Shown: positions 54,916 to 63,428, counted from the stretch's first letter. The stretch: DNA of 64,000 nucleotides from Candidatus Acidiferrales bacterium (GCA_035622155.1 DASPVW010000036.1:269890-333889), one strand, 5' to 3'. Program-made: numbers and translations. The notes: generated from the sequence alone by a model not told the origin.

Positions 54916-56255
54916 ACCGACTGCTCCCCTTGACTGAGCACAGCAGCGATGCGCGCAACCGAACGAACCGTGGCGCCGCGGTTGCGTTCGGAAAGCTCGC
55001 GAGCAGCGCGGCCCATTTGCTCGCGCAGCCCGCTGTCTTCGACCAGCTGGACCCAGACCTTCCCCAACTGCTGGCCACTTGCGACTTGAATGGCGGCGCG
55101 GGCCCTGAGGAATTGCGTTGCCATGTCGCGAAAATTTTCCATCGATGGGCCGAACACCGGGGGTTTTGCGAACCAAGCCGGTTCGAGGATGTTGTGGCCG
55201 CCGGCCGAAACGAGCGATCCTCCGATGAATACCGCGTCGGCGAGCAGATACAGACCGGCCAGTTCGCCGATCGTATCGAGCATGAGAACGTCAGCAGTCT
55301 CATCGAGCGGGGCATCCAGATTCAGGCGACTGCGGCGGACCACGTTCCAGCCGCCGGCTTCGACGGCCGCGGCCGCAGTGTCAAATCGATCTGGCTTGCG
55401 CGGGGCCAGAATCAGTAACGCGCGGCGCCAGCGACGCTGCACGATATCGTAGCCGGCCAGCACAGCTTCCTCCTCGTCCGCTACCACGCTTCCTGCCACG
55501 ATGACGGGCCAGCGCTCCTGACGCTGGATTTCTCCCGCAAGCCAGGCGCCGAAAGGGCTTGTCTTCGGCGGCTCGCTGTCGTATTTCAGGTTGCCGGTGA
55601 CCGCAATGCGCTCCTGTGGTGCGCCCATTTCTTCCAGACGCGTGGCATCATCCGGCGTCTGCGCAAGAAACAGTTCCGCATTCGCCAGAGCGCGCGAATA
55701 GAGCGGCTCGACCATGAATCGCCAGCGTTGGTAGCGGGCAAACGATCTGTCCGAGATTCGTGCATTCGCAAAGATCACCGGAACCTTTTGGCGATGCGCC
55801 TCACACAGGAAATTTGGCCAAATTTCGGTTTCCATCACGATCACCAAGGCAGGACAAATTGCACGAAGTGCCCGGCGAACCGGCGGAACCCAGTCGATGG
55901 GAAAATAGAAAATGCCATCGACGAATGCCAAGCGTTCGCGTGCCAGTCGCTGGCCAGTTTCTGTCGTCGTAGAAACCAGCACGGTGCGCGAGCCGAACCG
56001 ATGCCGGAGCTGTTCGGCGAGAGGTCTTGCAGCCAGAACCTCGCCCACCGAAACAGCATGAATCCAGATCGCCCCGGGTTTCGATCTTCTTGCCGCGGCG
56101 TCTGCTGGCGCGCGCCCGGCAATCGCGGGCGGAATGCAACCCCAGCGCTCGCCCAAGGCGCCAACGGTCTCGCCGTGGCGCCAGGCTCGGAGCGCATAAT
56201 AGGGCGCCAGAAAGATCATGCTGAAGGCTGTGAGGATGCGATAGATGAAGTACAT
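54912..56255 (-). CDS. waaA: 3-deoxy-D-manno-octulosonic acid (Kdo) transferase WaaA/KdtA
   Basis: 447 aa. N-terminal membrane helix, IWIHAVSVGE motif and a GT30-like C-terminal half. Confidence 0.9.
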   Translation of the reverse strand: MYFIYRILTAFSMIFLAPYYALRAWRHGETVGALGERWGCIPPAIAGRAPADAAARRSKPGAIWIHAVSVGEVLAARPLAEQLRHRFGSRTVLVSTTTETGQRLARERLAFVDGIFYFPIDWVPPVRRALRAICPALVIVMETEIWPNFLCEAHRQKVPVIFANARISDRSFARYQRWRFMVEPLYSRALANAELFLAQTPDDATRLEEMGAPQERIAVTGNLKYDSEPPKTSPFGAWLAGEIQRQERWPVIVAGSVVADEEEAVLAGYDIVQRRWRRALLILAPRKPDRFDTAAAAVEAGGWNVVRRSRLNLDAPLDETADVLMLDTIGELAGLYLLADAVFIGGSLVSAGGHNILEPAWFAKPPVFGPSMENFRDMATQFLRARAAIQVASGQQLGKVWVQLVEDSGLREQMGRAARELSERNRGATVRSVARIAAVLSQGEQSV

Positions 56256-56360
56256 TCGGAAGGCGGAGCGCGGCCGCGAACCCCGAGCAAGCCAGCGATT
56301 ATAGCGCGGTTGGCCGGCACAAGCTTCTCCGCCGGCAGGAAGAATATGGCTTGGCCCGAT

Positions 56361-57941
56361 CTACGCTCCCGGGTTGCGCATCCGCTTGGGCCAGATCCCG
56401 GACTTGCCTGGCGAGAGGATTCCGTTGGGGTCGACAGCGTCCTTGATCGTTTCGTGGAGGCGTCGCAAGGCGTGATCGTTGTAGGAATAGACGTCTGACA
56501 CCGTGTCCATCATCGTCGTGTGCGTGCGATATTCGCCCCACCCGTGCGCGGCGGCCACTTCGACCAGGCGTTTAAAAACTTCGCGCGTCTTTCTATTTTT
56601 TCCCACGTCGTGCTCGATGGGAAAACCGAAAAGAAGAACGAATGCGCGCGGGAAAAACGCCCAAGGAAGAACAAAAAACTGGTTTCGCGGTTCCACGCCG
56701 AGCTCTGCGTAAGCCTTCCCAAACACTTGGAGGACCTCGAAGACCGCTTCTCCGGTCATCGGAATGATGGGCGAGAAGTCCATGTGCCCTTGAGCTCCCA
56801 CGATCCGTCCGAAGACGGAGAGATTCGGGATGCCCAGCGCAACACGCGGTGCGTCGTCGGTTTCTGTGAGCTCCAGCGGAAACCTGTAGTGCCTGCCGTC
56901 TTGGAAGGTAGCGCCGGGAATCGCGGAAAACTTCTCCTTCGTATACTCCCACTGCGCGTCGATGACCTTCTCGGGACCCCAGAAATGCAGCTCGGCGCCC
57001 CAGTAAGGAAGATTCTTCTCCTGGGCGAGTTTTTCCAATTCCGCCACCGACGGCCCGCCCGGCATGTCGAGGACTCCGCCGCCCTGCGACATGCGGTAAT
57101 CGAGCAGAGGGCTGTCGAGCAGCATCGTTCCTCGCACAATGTCGGAATTCATCAAATAGGAGAGCGTCTGGACGAAAGGAATCAGATCATCGTGTTTGGG
57201 CACCATCACGGTGCCATCGCGATACGCCTCCGGCGACGGCATCAGCCACAGACCTATCTTAGTGACGACGCCAAAATTGGATTGTGAAAAAATCCCATCA
57301 AGATACGGGCCGAAGCCATACCGATATTGCTGCCAGGTTTGGGAGCCTGGCAGCGCACCCATACCGGTGCGCACCACCTCGCCGTTAGCGAGCACCACCT
57401 CCATCCCGCACACGGATTGAAAGTGATCGCGCATCGGCGTCCGCCCGCCGCCACGCTCGAGCGAGTTTCCCATCGGGCTGCCCCAGCCAGGATCGGGTGG
57501 ATCGATCCAAACTTGTAGCTTGTTCTCCTGAATGTAGCGATAGAGATCAAAGTAGCTGACGCCCGGCTCGACCAGCGCATAGTGGTTCTTGTCACTGACC
57601 TCGATGATTTTGTTCATGCGCTTCAGGTCTAAGACAACGCTTCCCGATAAAACCGGCGCCGAACCACCGTAGGCGAGATTCTTGCCGGTAGAGATCGTCC
57701 AGAGAGGGATCTTAAAGTGATTGGCAATCCTGACAACTGCCTGCACCTGTTCGAGGTTCTCAGGCGCGACGGCGGCAGAAGCGACGCGTTCACCCGCTTC
57801 ATGCCAGTAAGGGGAGTACGAATCGCGATAGAGATCGACGTCTTCCTCAGAGGTAAACACCCACTGCTTGCCGACGACGGCGTCAAATTGCGCCAGGGCC
57901 GCTGCAAAGTCGTCCGAGCTTACACCGGGAGGAACTCGCAT
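56361..57941 (-). CDS. VAO/PCMH-family flavoprotein (4-alkylphenol dehydrogenase/oxidase-like), paralog F1
   Basis: Start re-picked at ATG 57941 (MRVPPGV...), giving 526 aa. FAD_binding_4-type region (PLWTISTGKNLAYGGSAP), GHMDFSPI and a C-terminal GWGEYRTH...AVDPNGILSPGK very like vanillyl-alcohol oxidase / eugenol oxidase / PchF. Confidence 0.85.
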   Translation of the reverse strand: MRVPPGVSSDDFAAALAQFDAVVGKQWVFTSEEDVDLYRDSYSPYWHEAGERVASAAVAPENLEQVQAVVRIANHFKIPLWTISTGKNLAYGGSAPVLSGSVVLDLKRMNKIIEVSDKNHYALVEPGVSYFDLYRYIQENKLQVWIDPPDPGWGSPMGNSLERGGGRTPMRDHFQSVCGMEVVLANGEVVRTGMGALPGSQTWQQYRYGFGPYLDGIFSQSNFGVVTKIGLWLMPSPEAYRDGTVMVPKHDDLIPFVQTLSYLMNSDIVRGTMLLDSPLLDYRMSQGGGVLDMPGGPSVAELEKLAQEKNLPYWGAELHFWGPEKVIDAQWEYTKEKFSAIPGATFQDGRHYRFPLELTETDDAPRVALGIPNLSVFGRIVGAQGHMDFSPIIPMTGEAVFEVLQVFGKAYAELGVEPRNQFFVLPWAFFPRAFVLLFGFPIEHDVGKNRKTREVFKRLVEVAAAHGWGEYRTHTTMMDTVSDVYSYNDHALRRLHETIKDAVDPNGILSPGKSGIWPKRMRNPGA

Positions 57942-57945
57942 AGAG

Positions 57946-58290
57946 CTAGGGCTTGTTGTTCCGGGTGAGATAGGCCGCAATTGCGTCGAGATCGGCGTCG
58001 CTGATCTCCGTCTTGCGAAATATAGGCATGAACAGGACACCCTGACGCACAAAGGTCTTGATCATGGGGGCGGTAAGGTCGGTGCGCTCCTCCAGCACGG
58101 CGGGTTTTTGACCGCGCGCCGCCAGCGAATCGGTCCCAGGCTTTCCGGTACCGGTGCCGTGGCAGGGGAAGCACCACTTGTCGTAGACCTTGTGCCCCCG
58201 TTCGATCTGAGCCTGGTCGGGTGCGGCAGGGGTTGAGGCTGCCACCGCGATACCTAGGGCGATAAAAAAAACGGCCTTGGTGCTTTTCAT
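57946..58290 (-). CDS. Mono-haem cytochrome c (PchC-like subunit), Ca
   Basis: 114 aa with a signal peptide, a single CFPCH haem motif and a distal Met candidate in MPIFRKTE. The ATG overlaps the F2 stop (ATGA at 58287-58290). Confidence 0.85.
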   Translation of the reverse strand: MKSTKAVFFIALGIAVAASTPAAPDQAQIERGHKVYDKWCFPCHGTGTGKPGTDSLAARGQKPAVLEERTDLTAPMIKTFVRQGVLFMPIFRKTEISDADLDAIAAYLTRNNKP

Positions 58291-59882
58291 CCTTGTGCCT
58301 TCCGCATCCGTTTGGGCCAGACCCCGCAGCGACCCGGCGAAAGGATTCCGTTCGGATCGACCGCATCCTTGATCGTTCCGTGAAACCGCCGCAGGGAATG
58401 GTCATTGTAGGAATAGACGTCGGAAACCGTGTCCATAAAGGCTGTGTGCGTGCGATATTCGCCCCAACCGTGTTCGGCGGCGGCCTTTACTAAGCCTTTG
58501 AACACTTCCCGGCTTCTCTGGTTTTTCTCGATATCATGGTAGATCGGGAAACCGCACAAGATTACGAATGATCGCGGGAAGAACGACGACGGGAATACAA
58601 AGATCTGATTGATGGCGGGCACACCCATGTCGTGATAGGCCTGCCCAAACACCCTTTGCGCCTCGAACACTGCCTCCCCCGTCATGGGAATGATCGGCGA
58701 AAACCACATGTGGCCTTCACTGCGACCCATCATTCCGAAGATCGTAAGGCTCGGTATGCCGAACTGCCGCTTGGGCAGTTTGTCCACATAGCTGGGATCG
58801 ACCGGAAGCTTATACGTTTCGCCTTCTACAAACAGGGCCCCGGGGATCGCCGCGTACTTTTCCTTTGCGTACTCCCATTGGGCCTCAACCACTTTGGGCG
58901 GCCCGTAGAAATTCATTTCGCAGGTCCAGTAGGCCAGATTCTGATCGCGCCCAATCTTCTCCAGCTCCTCGATCGAAGGCCCCCCTGGCGTCATGACCAG
59001 CGCCGAGCCCCCGCCGCTAGCGCTTCGCGCAGCGCGGGACATCAGTAGCGGGCTTCCGATGGTCGTGGTGCCCTGCACGAGGTTCGAGTTCATCAAGTAA
59101 TTCAGCGTTTCGACCAGCGGCACAAGATCATCGTGCCTAGGGACCTGGACGGTTCCAGACTTGAAGCCTTCCGGCTCCGGCAATAACCAGAAACCCATCT
59201 TGGTCACAACACCAAAGTTAGATTGCGAAAAAATCCCATCAAGATACGGGCCGAAGCCGTACCGATATTGCTGCCAAGTCTGGGAGCCTGGCAGCGCACC
59301 CATGCCCGTGCGTATGATTTCGCCGTTGGCCAGAACGACTTCCATTCCGCAGTGCGCGTCGAAGTGGTCCCGCAGCGGCGTGTAACCGCCACCGCGATCG
59401 AGTGCATTGCCGATCAAGCTCCCCCACCCAGGATCGGGAACGTCAATCCAGACTTTCAGGCCCCGATCCTGAATGTAGCGGTACAGATCGAAATAGCTAA
59501 CGCCGGGTTCGACCAGTGCGTAGTGGTTTTTGTCATTCACCTCGAGGATGCGGTCCATGCGCTTTAAATCCAGCACCACACTGCCGCCCAGCAGTGGCGC
59601 CGAGCCGCCGTAGCCGAGGTTCTTGCCGGTAGAGATTGTCCACAGAGGAATTCTGTAGGCATTGGCAATTTTGACAGCCGCTTGTACCTGCTCCACGCGA
59701 TCGGGAGCAATGGCAGCGGACGGAATCGGTTCTAGATCTTCGTGCCAAAAGGGTGAATAGGAGTCGCGGTACAGATTCACATCGTCGTCCGACGTGAACA
59801 CCCAATCGTTACCAAGCGCCTGCCGCCACTGCGTGATGGCGTCGGAAAAATCCTGTGGTGTTACGCCCGGTGGAACTCTCAT
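58287..59882 (-). CDS. VAO/PCMH-family flavoprotein, paralog F2
   Basis: Start re-picked at ATG 59882 (MRVPPGV...), giving 531 aa. By eye about 70% identical to F1. Same motifs (GHMWFSPI, GWGEYRTH). Confidence 0.85.
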   Translation of the reverse strand: MRVPPGVTPQDFSDAITQWRQALGNDWVFTSDDDVNLYRDSYSPFWHEDLEPIPSAAIAPDRVEQVQAAVKIANAYRIPLWTISTGKNLGYGGSAPLLGGSVVLDLKRMDRILEVNDKNHYALVEPGVSYFDLYRYIQDRGLKVWIDVPDPGWGSLIGNALDRGGGYTPLRDHFDAHCGMEVVLANGEIIRTGMGALPGSQTWQQYRYGFGPYLDGIFSQSNFGVVTKMGFWLLPEPEGFKSGTVQVPRHDDLVPLVETLNYLMNSNLVQGTTTIGSPLLMSRAARSASGGGSALVMTPGGPSIEELEKIGRDQNLAYWTCEMNFYGPPKVVEAQWEYAKEKYAAIPGALFVEGETYKLPVDPSYVDKLPKRQFGIPSLTIFGMMGRSEGHMWFSPIIPMTGEAVFEAQRVFGQAYHDMGVPAINQIFVFPSSFFPRSFVILCGFPIYHDIEKNQRSREVFKGLVKAAAEHGWGEYRTHTAFMDTVSDVYSYNDHSLRRFHGTIKDAVDPNGILSPGRCGVWPKRMRKAQG

Positions 59883-59899
59883 CCCCAGCTCCTGTCCCT

Positions 59900-60295
59900 T
59901 TACGGCTTGTTGTTGCGCGTCAGGTACAGAGCGATCGCATCCAATTCGGCATCGCTGATTTCTGTCTTGCGAAAAAACGGCATGATGGAGATGCCATTGC
60001 GAACGTAGGTCTTGACCAGCTCCGGCGTCAGATCGGTGCGCTGGTCCAGAAGCGCCGGCTCCGAGCCCTTGTATTTCGCCTCCAGTGCCATGGTGCCGGG
60101 TCGGCCGACCCCTGCGCCGTGGCACGCCGAACAGTACTTTTGATATTCCACGTACCCACGCGGCTGACCCTGGCCCGAGACGGTCGTGGTGGTCCACGAC
60201 GACGGGATTCTCTGCCCCTGGTCTTGCGCCGCGCCGCTAGAGGTCCCGAGGATCGCAGCAAGTGCGATCACCCCAAACATGCCCACGTGGTTCAT
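59900..60295 (-). CDS. Mono-haem cytochrome c (PchC-like subunit), Cb
   Basis: Start re-picked at ATG 60295 (MNHVGMFGVIALAAILG, signal peptide), giving 131 aa. Single CSACH and MPFFRKTE. The ATG overlaps the F3 stop (ATGA at 60292-60295). Confidence 0.8.
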   Translation of the reverse strand: MNHVGMFGVIALAAILGTSSGAAQDQGQRIPSSWTTTTVSGQGQPRGYVEYQKYCSACHGAGVGRPGTMALEAKYKGSEPALLDQRTDLTPELVKTYVRNGISIMPFFRKTEISDAELDAIALYLTRNNKP

Positions 60296-61959
60296 GCCTG
60301 ACTCTTTCTGAGTTGCTTGGGCCAGATGCCGTAGCGGCCCGCGGAAAGGATTCCGTTTGGATCGACCGCGTCCTTCAGAGTTTCGTGAAACCGCAAAAGC
60401 GAATGATTGTTGTAGGAATAGGTGTTCATGATGTCGCTCTGATACGCCGGTGCGGTGCGATATTCGCCCCAGCCATGTTCCGCCGCGATCTGGACCAGCT
60501 GGCGAAAGGCCGCGCGATTCTTCTGATTCGTTTCTTTGTCGCGGGTTACCGGGAACGCAAAAATGAAAATGAAGGCTCGCTCCCAGTAACAGGAAGGAAG
60601 GCTGAAGGCCAGCGCTGGAATCCCATACTTCTTCGCGGCTTGGCTGAACACACGGTTCGCTTCGAAGATGGCCTCGCCGGTCCGCGGAATGATTGGCGAG
60701 AACCACATATGGCCGTTGGTGGGATCGGGATTGGTCCGTGATCGGGCGCCGATCGAGAACATCGCCAGGCTCGGTATGCCGAATTGCGGCTTGTGAACCT
60801 TTTCGCGCTCCTCAGCAGTCAGCGGGAGCTTGTAGGACTCATTTTCGACACACTTCGTACCCGGAATCGCGGAGAATTTCTCCTTTGCGAATTCCCAGTT
60901 GGCCTCGTTCGCTTTGGGAGCACCATAGAAGCTCAGCTTGCAGCTCCAGTAACTGATGCCCTGCTTCAGTGCGTATTGCTCGAGTTCGGTCGAATAGCCC
61001 CCCTCCGATTTGGCGAGCAGCGCCGCCAGCTCGGGCTGGGGAGGTGGCGGACCATCCCCGCGGTTCCAAGCGTCTATCTCCGAAATCATCGGAATCTGCA
61101 GCAGGGGACTGCCCAGGTCCGGCATGCCGTTGGTGACGCGTGTGTTCTCCAGATAGTTCAGAATCTTGACCAAAGGAATCAGGTCCGCATGCCTGGGCAC
61201 GTAGATGGTTCCGGCGAGATAGGCATCCGGTTCCGGCATCAGCCAGAAACCCATCTTGGTTACCACTCCGAAGTTGGACTGAGAAAAAATGCCATCCACC
61301 CAAGGACCAAAGCCAGTCTTGTAATTCTGCCAAGTCCTAGCTCCGGGCATCGCGCCCATGCCCGTGCGGATGATGTCGCCGTTCGCCAGCACTACTTCCA
61401 TTCCGCAATGCGAATCAAAATGATTGCGAAACTGGGCCATCAAGTATCCGCCGCCTCGATCGAGCGCGTTGCCGACCGGACTGCCCCAGCCAGGATCCGG
61501 GACATCGATCCAGAGCTTCAGTCCCTTCTCCTGAATGTAGCGATACAGGTCGAAATAGCTGACACCGGGCTCAACCAGAGCGTAGGCATTCTCTTCGTTC
61601 ACTTCGATCACGCGATTCATTCTCTTCAGATCGAGAACCACGCTCCCGGAAAGGACCGGCGCGGATCCACCGTATCCGAGATTTTTGCCCGTCGACACTG
61701 GGTAGATCGGAATATTGTATTCGTTGGCGATGCGGACGACTTTCTGGACCTGCTCGACGTCATCGGGAGCAACCGCAGCGGAGGCAAAAAGCTCGTCCGG
61801 TTCCCCTAGAAAAGGGGAGTAGGGATCTCGATAAAGAGCGACATCCTCATCCGCGGTGAAAACCCATGGCTTGCCCACGACTTCTTCGAATTTGTTGATC
61901 GCTTTTGCGAAATCACTCGGACTCACGCCAGGGGGAACTTTCATTCCGAGACTCCCCAA
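60292..61959 (-). CDS. VAO/PCMH-family flavoprotein, paralog F3 (most divergent)
   Basis: 555 aa from ATG 61959, or 550 aa from ATG 61944 (MKVPPGV..., matching F1/F2). Motifs GHMWFSPI and GWGEYRTA. Confidence 0.85.
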   Translation of the reverse strand: MGSLGMKVPPGVSPSDFAKAINKFEEVVGKPWVFTADEDVALYRDPYSPFLGEPDELFASAAVAPDDVEQVQKVVRIANEYNIPIYPVSTGKNLGYGGSAPVLSGSVVLDLKRMNRVIEVNEENAYALVEPGVSYFDLYRYIQEKGLKLWIDVPDPGWGSPVGNALDRGGGYLMAQFRNHFDSHCGMEVVLANGDIIRTGMGAMPGARTWQNYKTGFGPWVDGIFSQSNFGVVTKMGFWLMPEPDAYLAGTIYVPRHADLIPLVKILNYLENTRVTNGMPDLGSPLLQIPMISEIDAWNRGDGPPPPQPELAALLAKSEGGYSTELEQYALKQGISYWSCKLSFYGAPKANEANWEFAKEKFSAIPGTKCVENESYKLPLTAEEREKVHKPQFGIPSLAMFSIGARSRTNPDPTNGHMWFSPIIPRTGEAIFEANRVFSQAAKKYGIPALAFSLPSCYWERAFIFIFAFPVTRDKETNQKNRAAFRQLVQIAAEHGWGEYRTAPAYQSDIMNTYSYNNHSLLRFHETLKDAVDPNGILSAGRYGIWPKQLRKSQA

Positions 61960-61975
61960 CGAACAAACGGCTCCA

Positions 61976-62578
61976 TCAGACCTGCAGGGGCGCGATCAAC
62001 CAGGAGATGAGATGTTCCGGATCATCGGCGTGTCGGACCGTAGGCCCAATCACATTGGCTAACGACAGCGGTGTTCGGCTCGCCGGGCACCGAGTCAGCA
62101 AGCCTGCCATTTCGAACGACCAGCTTGTCTCGTGGCTCAGTCCTACCGCCTGCCTCAACATGGGAGTGGGCCCAGAGAGCGCATGCTCGATTAAGCCATC
62201 GGCCAGATAACGATGATCGGCTCGGAAAACGACGCGCATGCGCTGATCCCAAGCCAGCCTCTCCAGGCAGAAGATGGCTCCGTGCTCAGTCATTCCGGCA
62301 ATGGCTGCCGGCCCCTGTTTCCAGCGTGCATACAGATCGTGGTACCACAATTCTGTCATGTCTCCCCGAATCGGGTGAACGGAAACGCCCAGTCTCTCGG
62401 CCTCCTCTGCAAAAGCACGACTCGAGCTGAACCGCTGATCGAAAACCATCTTGTACAGGGGTGTCGCCGAGGGTTCGCCGTCGGCGAGGGAAGTGGCCGG
62501 TGAAAGAGAGGTGTGCGAGGAAATCGGCAAAGCCAGCGCCGCCACTCCCATCTGAAGAAATTCTCTCCTACTCGCCAT
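61976..62578 (-). CDS. Tat-signal protein of unknown function, first gene of the flavocytochrome operon
   Basis: Start re-picked at ATG 62578 (MASRREFLQMGVAALALPISS...SLA|DG). It has a twin-arginine SRREFL motif and no CxxCH or other cofactor motif. It stops 16 nt before the F3 start. Confidence 0.6.
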   Translation of the reverse strand: MASRREFLQMGVAALALPISSHTSLSPATSLADGEPSATPLYKMVFDQRFSSSRAFAEEAERLGVSVHPIRGDMTELWYHDLYARWKQGPAAIAGMTEHGAIFCLERLAWDQRMRVVFRADHRYLADGLIEHALSGPTPMLRQAVGLSHETSWSFEMAGLLTRCPASRTPLSLANVIGPTVRHADDPEHLISWLIAPLQV

Positions 62579-62780
62579 CTTGTCGTCTCCTGCGTTTGCT
62601 AGGGATCTGGGCGGGGCGAAGTTTGCACGCGAGAACCCCCCTGTCAAGGGCTTTTTGCGTCGAACCAGCAGGCTGCGGCCCGACAGGCTCCGATGAGTCC
62701 GAGTTCTTCAACGTAAGGTATAGTGGCTGCGCACAACTTCCGGCCCCACGCCGGCATCCGATGAAGCGTTCCGGAGACGA

Positions 62781-63428
62781 ATGAAAAATCTGCTGCGTCT
62801 CGCCTTATGGGTTGTACTCGTCGCGCTTGCCGGGCGCATGACTGGCGCGCAATCCAGCACGCCGGCCGGCGGATCGGCACATCCTGCGGATTCAATTCCA
62901 CGAGACCAGCATGAGGGGTTGACCATCGCGGCCGATTCCTACAGCGATCCGGGCCGCGCGAGGGAAAAGTTTGGCAAGGCGGATCCGGTTGCTGTGGGAA
63001 TCCTGCCTGTGGAAGTGTTTCTGATCAACGCGACGCCCCAAGCGATCCGGATTGACGTCGAGACCGTCCAGCTCGACGTTCGCTTCGAAAGTGGGCAGCA
63101 CCAGAACGTCGATTGGCTGCCGGTGGGCGAAGTCGCAAGAAAGGTCGCGCATCCCAACGGGCCGTCCAATCCGCACCCGCCTCGAATTCCTGTCGGCGTG
63201 GACACGGGCGCGGACGCTAAAACGGACAAGATCATAGAGATCCTGCGGCCATTCGCACTCGACGTAAGTGTCGTCCCTCCGATGGCCACGCTTCACGGTT
63301 TCCTGTTTTTCGATCTGAGTCACAAGATGTCGCTGGCCGAACGCGCCAGCCTCTACGTGCCCGACGTGACCAACGTGCCCGAGAAGAAGCCCCTCATGTT
63401 CTTCGAAGTGGCTCTCGGAAAGACCTGA
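62781..63428 (+). CDS. Secreted hypothetical protein
   Basis: 215 aa with signal peptide MKNLLRLALWVVLVALAGRMTGA. Beta-rich mature part; no family recognised. Confidence 0.5.
   Translation: MKNLLRLALWVVLVALAGRMTGAQSSTPAGGSAHPADSIPRDQHEGLTIAADSYSDPGRAREKFGKADPVAVGILPVEVFLINATPQAIRIDVETVQLDVRFESGQHQNVDWLPVGEVARKVAHPNGPSNPHPPRIPVGVDTGADAKTDKIIEILRPFALDVSVVPPMATLHGFLFFDLSHKMSLAERASLYVPDVTNVPEKKPLMFFEVALGKT

Noticed and set aside
56298-56303. A perfect TATAAT on the minus strand, 42 nt upstream of the waaA ATG, as an internal promoter separating the flavocytochrome operon from waaA-lpxK.
   Set aside because: No acceptable -35 hexamer (AAGCTT/AGCTTG at 16-17 nt) and no TGn extension. It is plausible but too weak to list as a feature.
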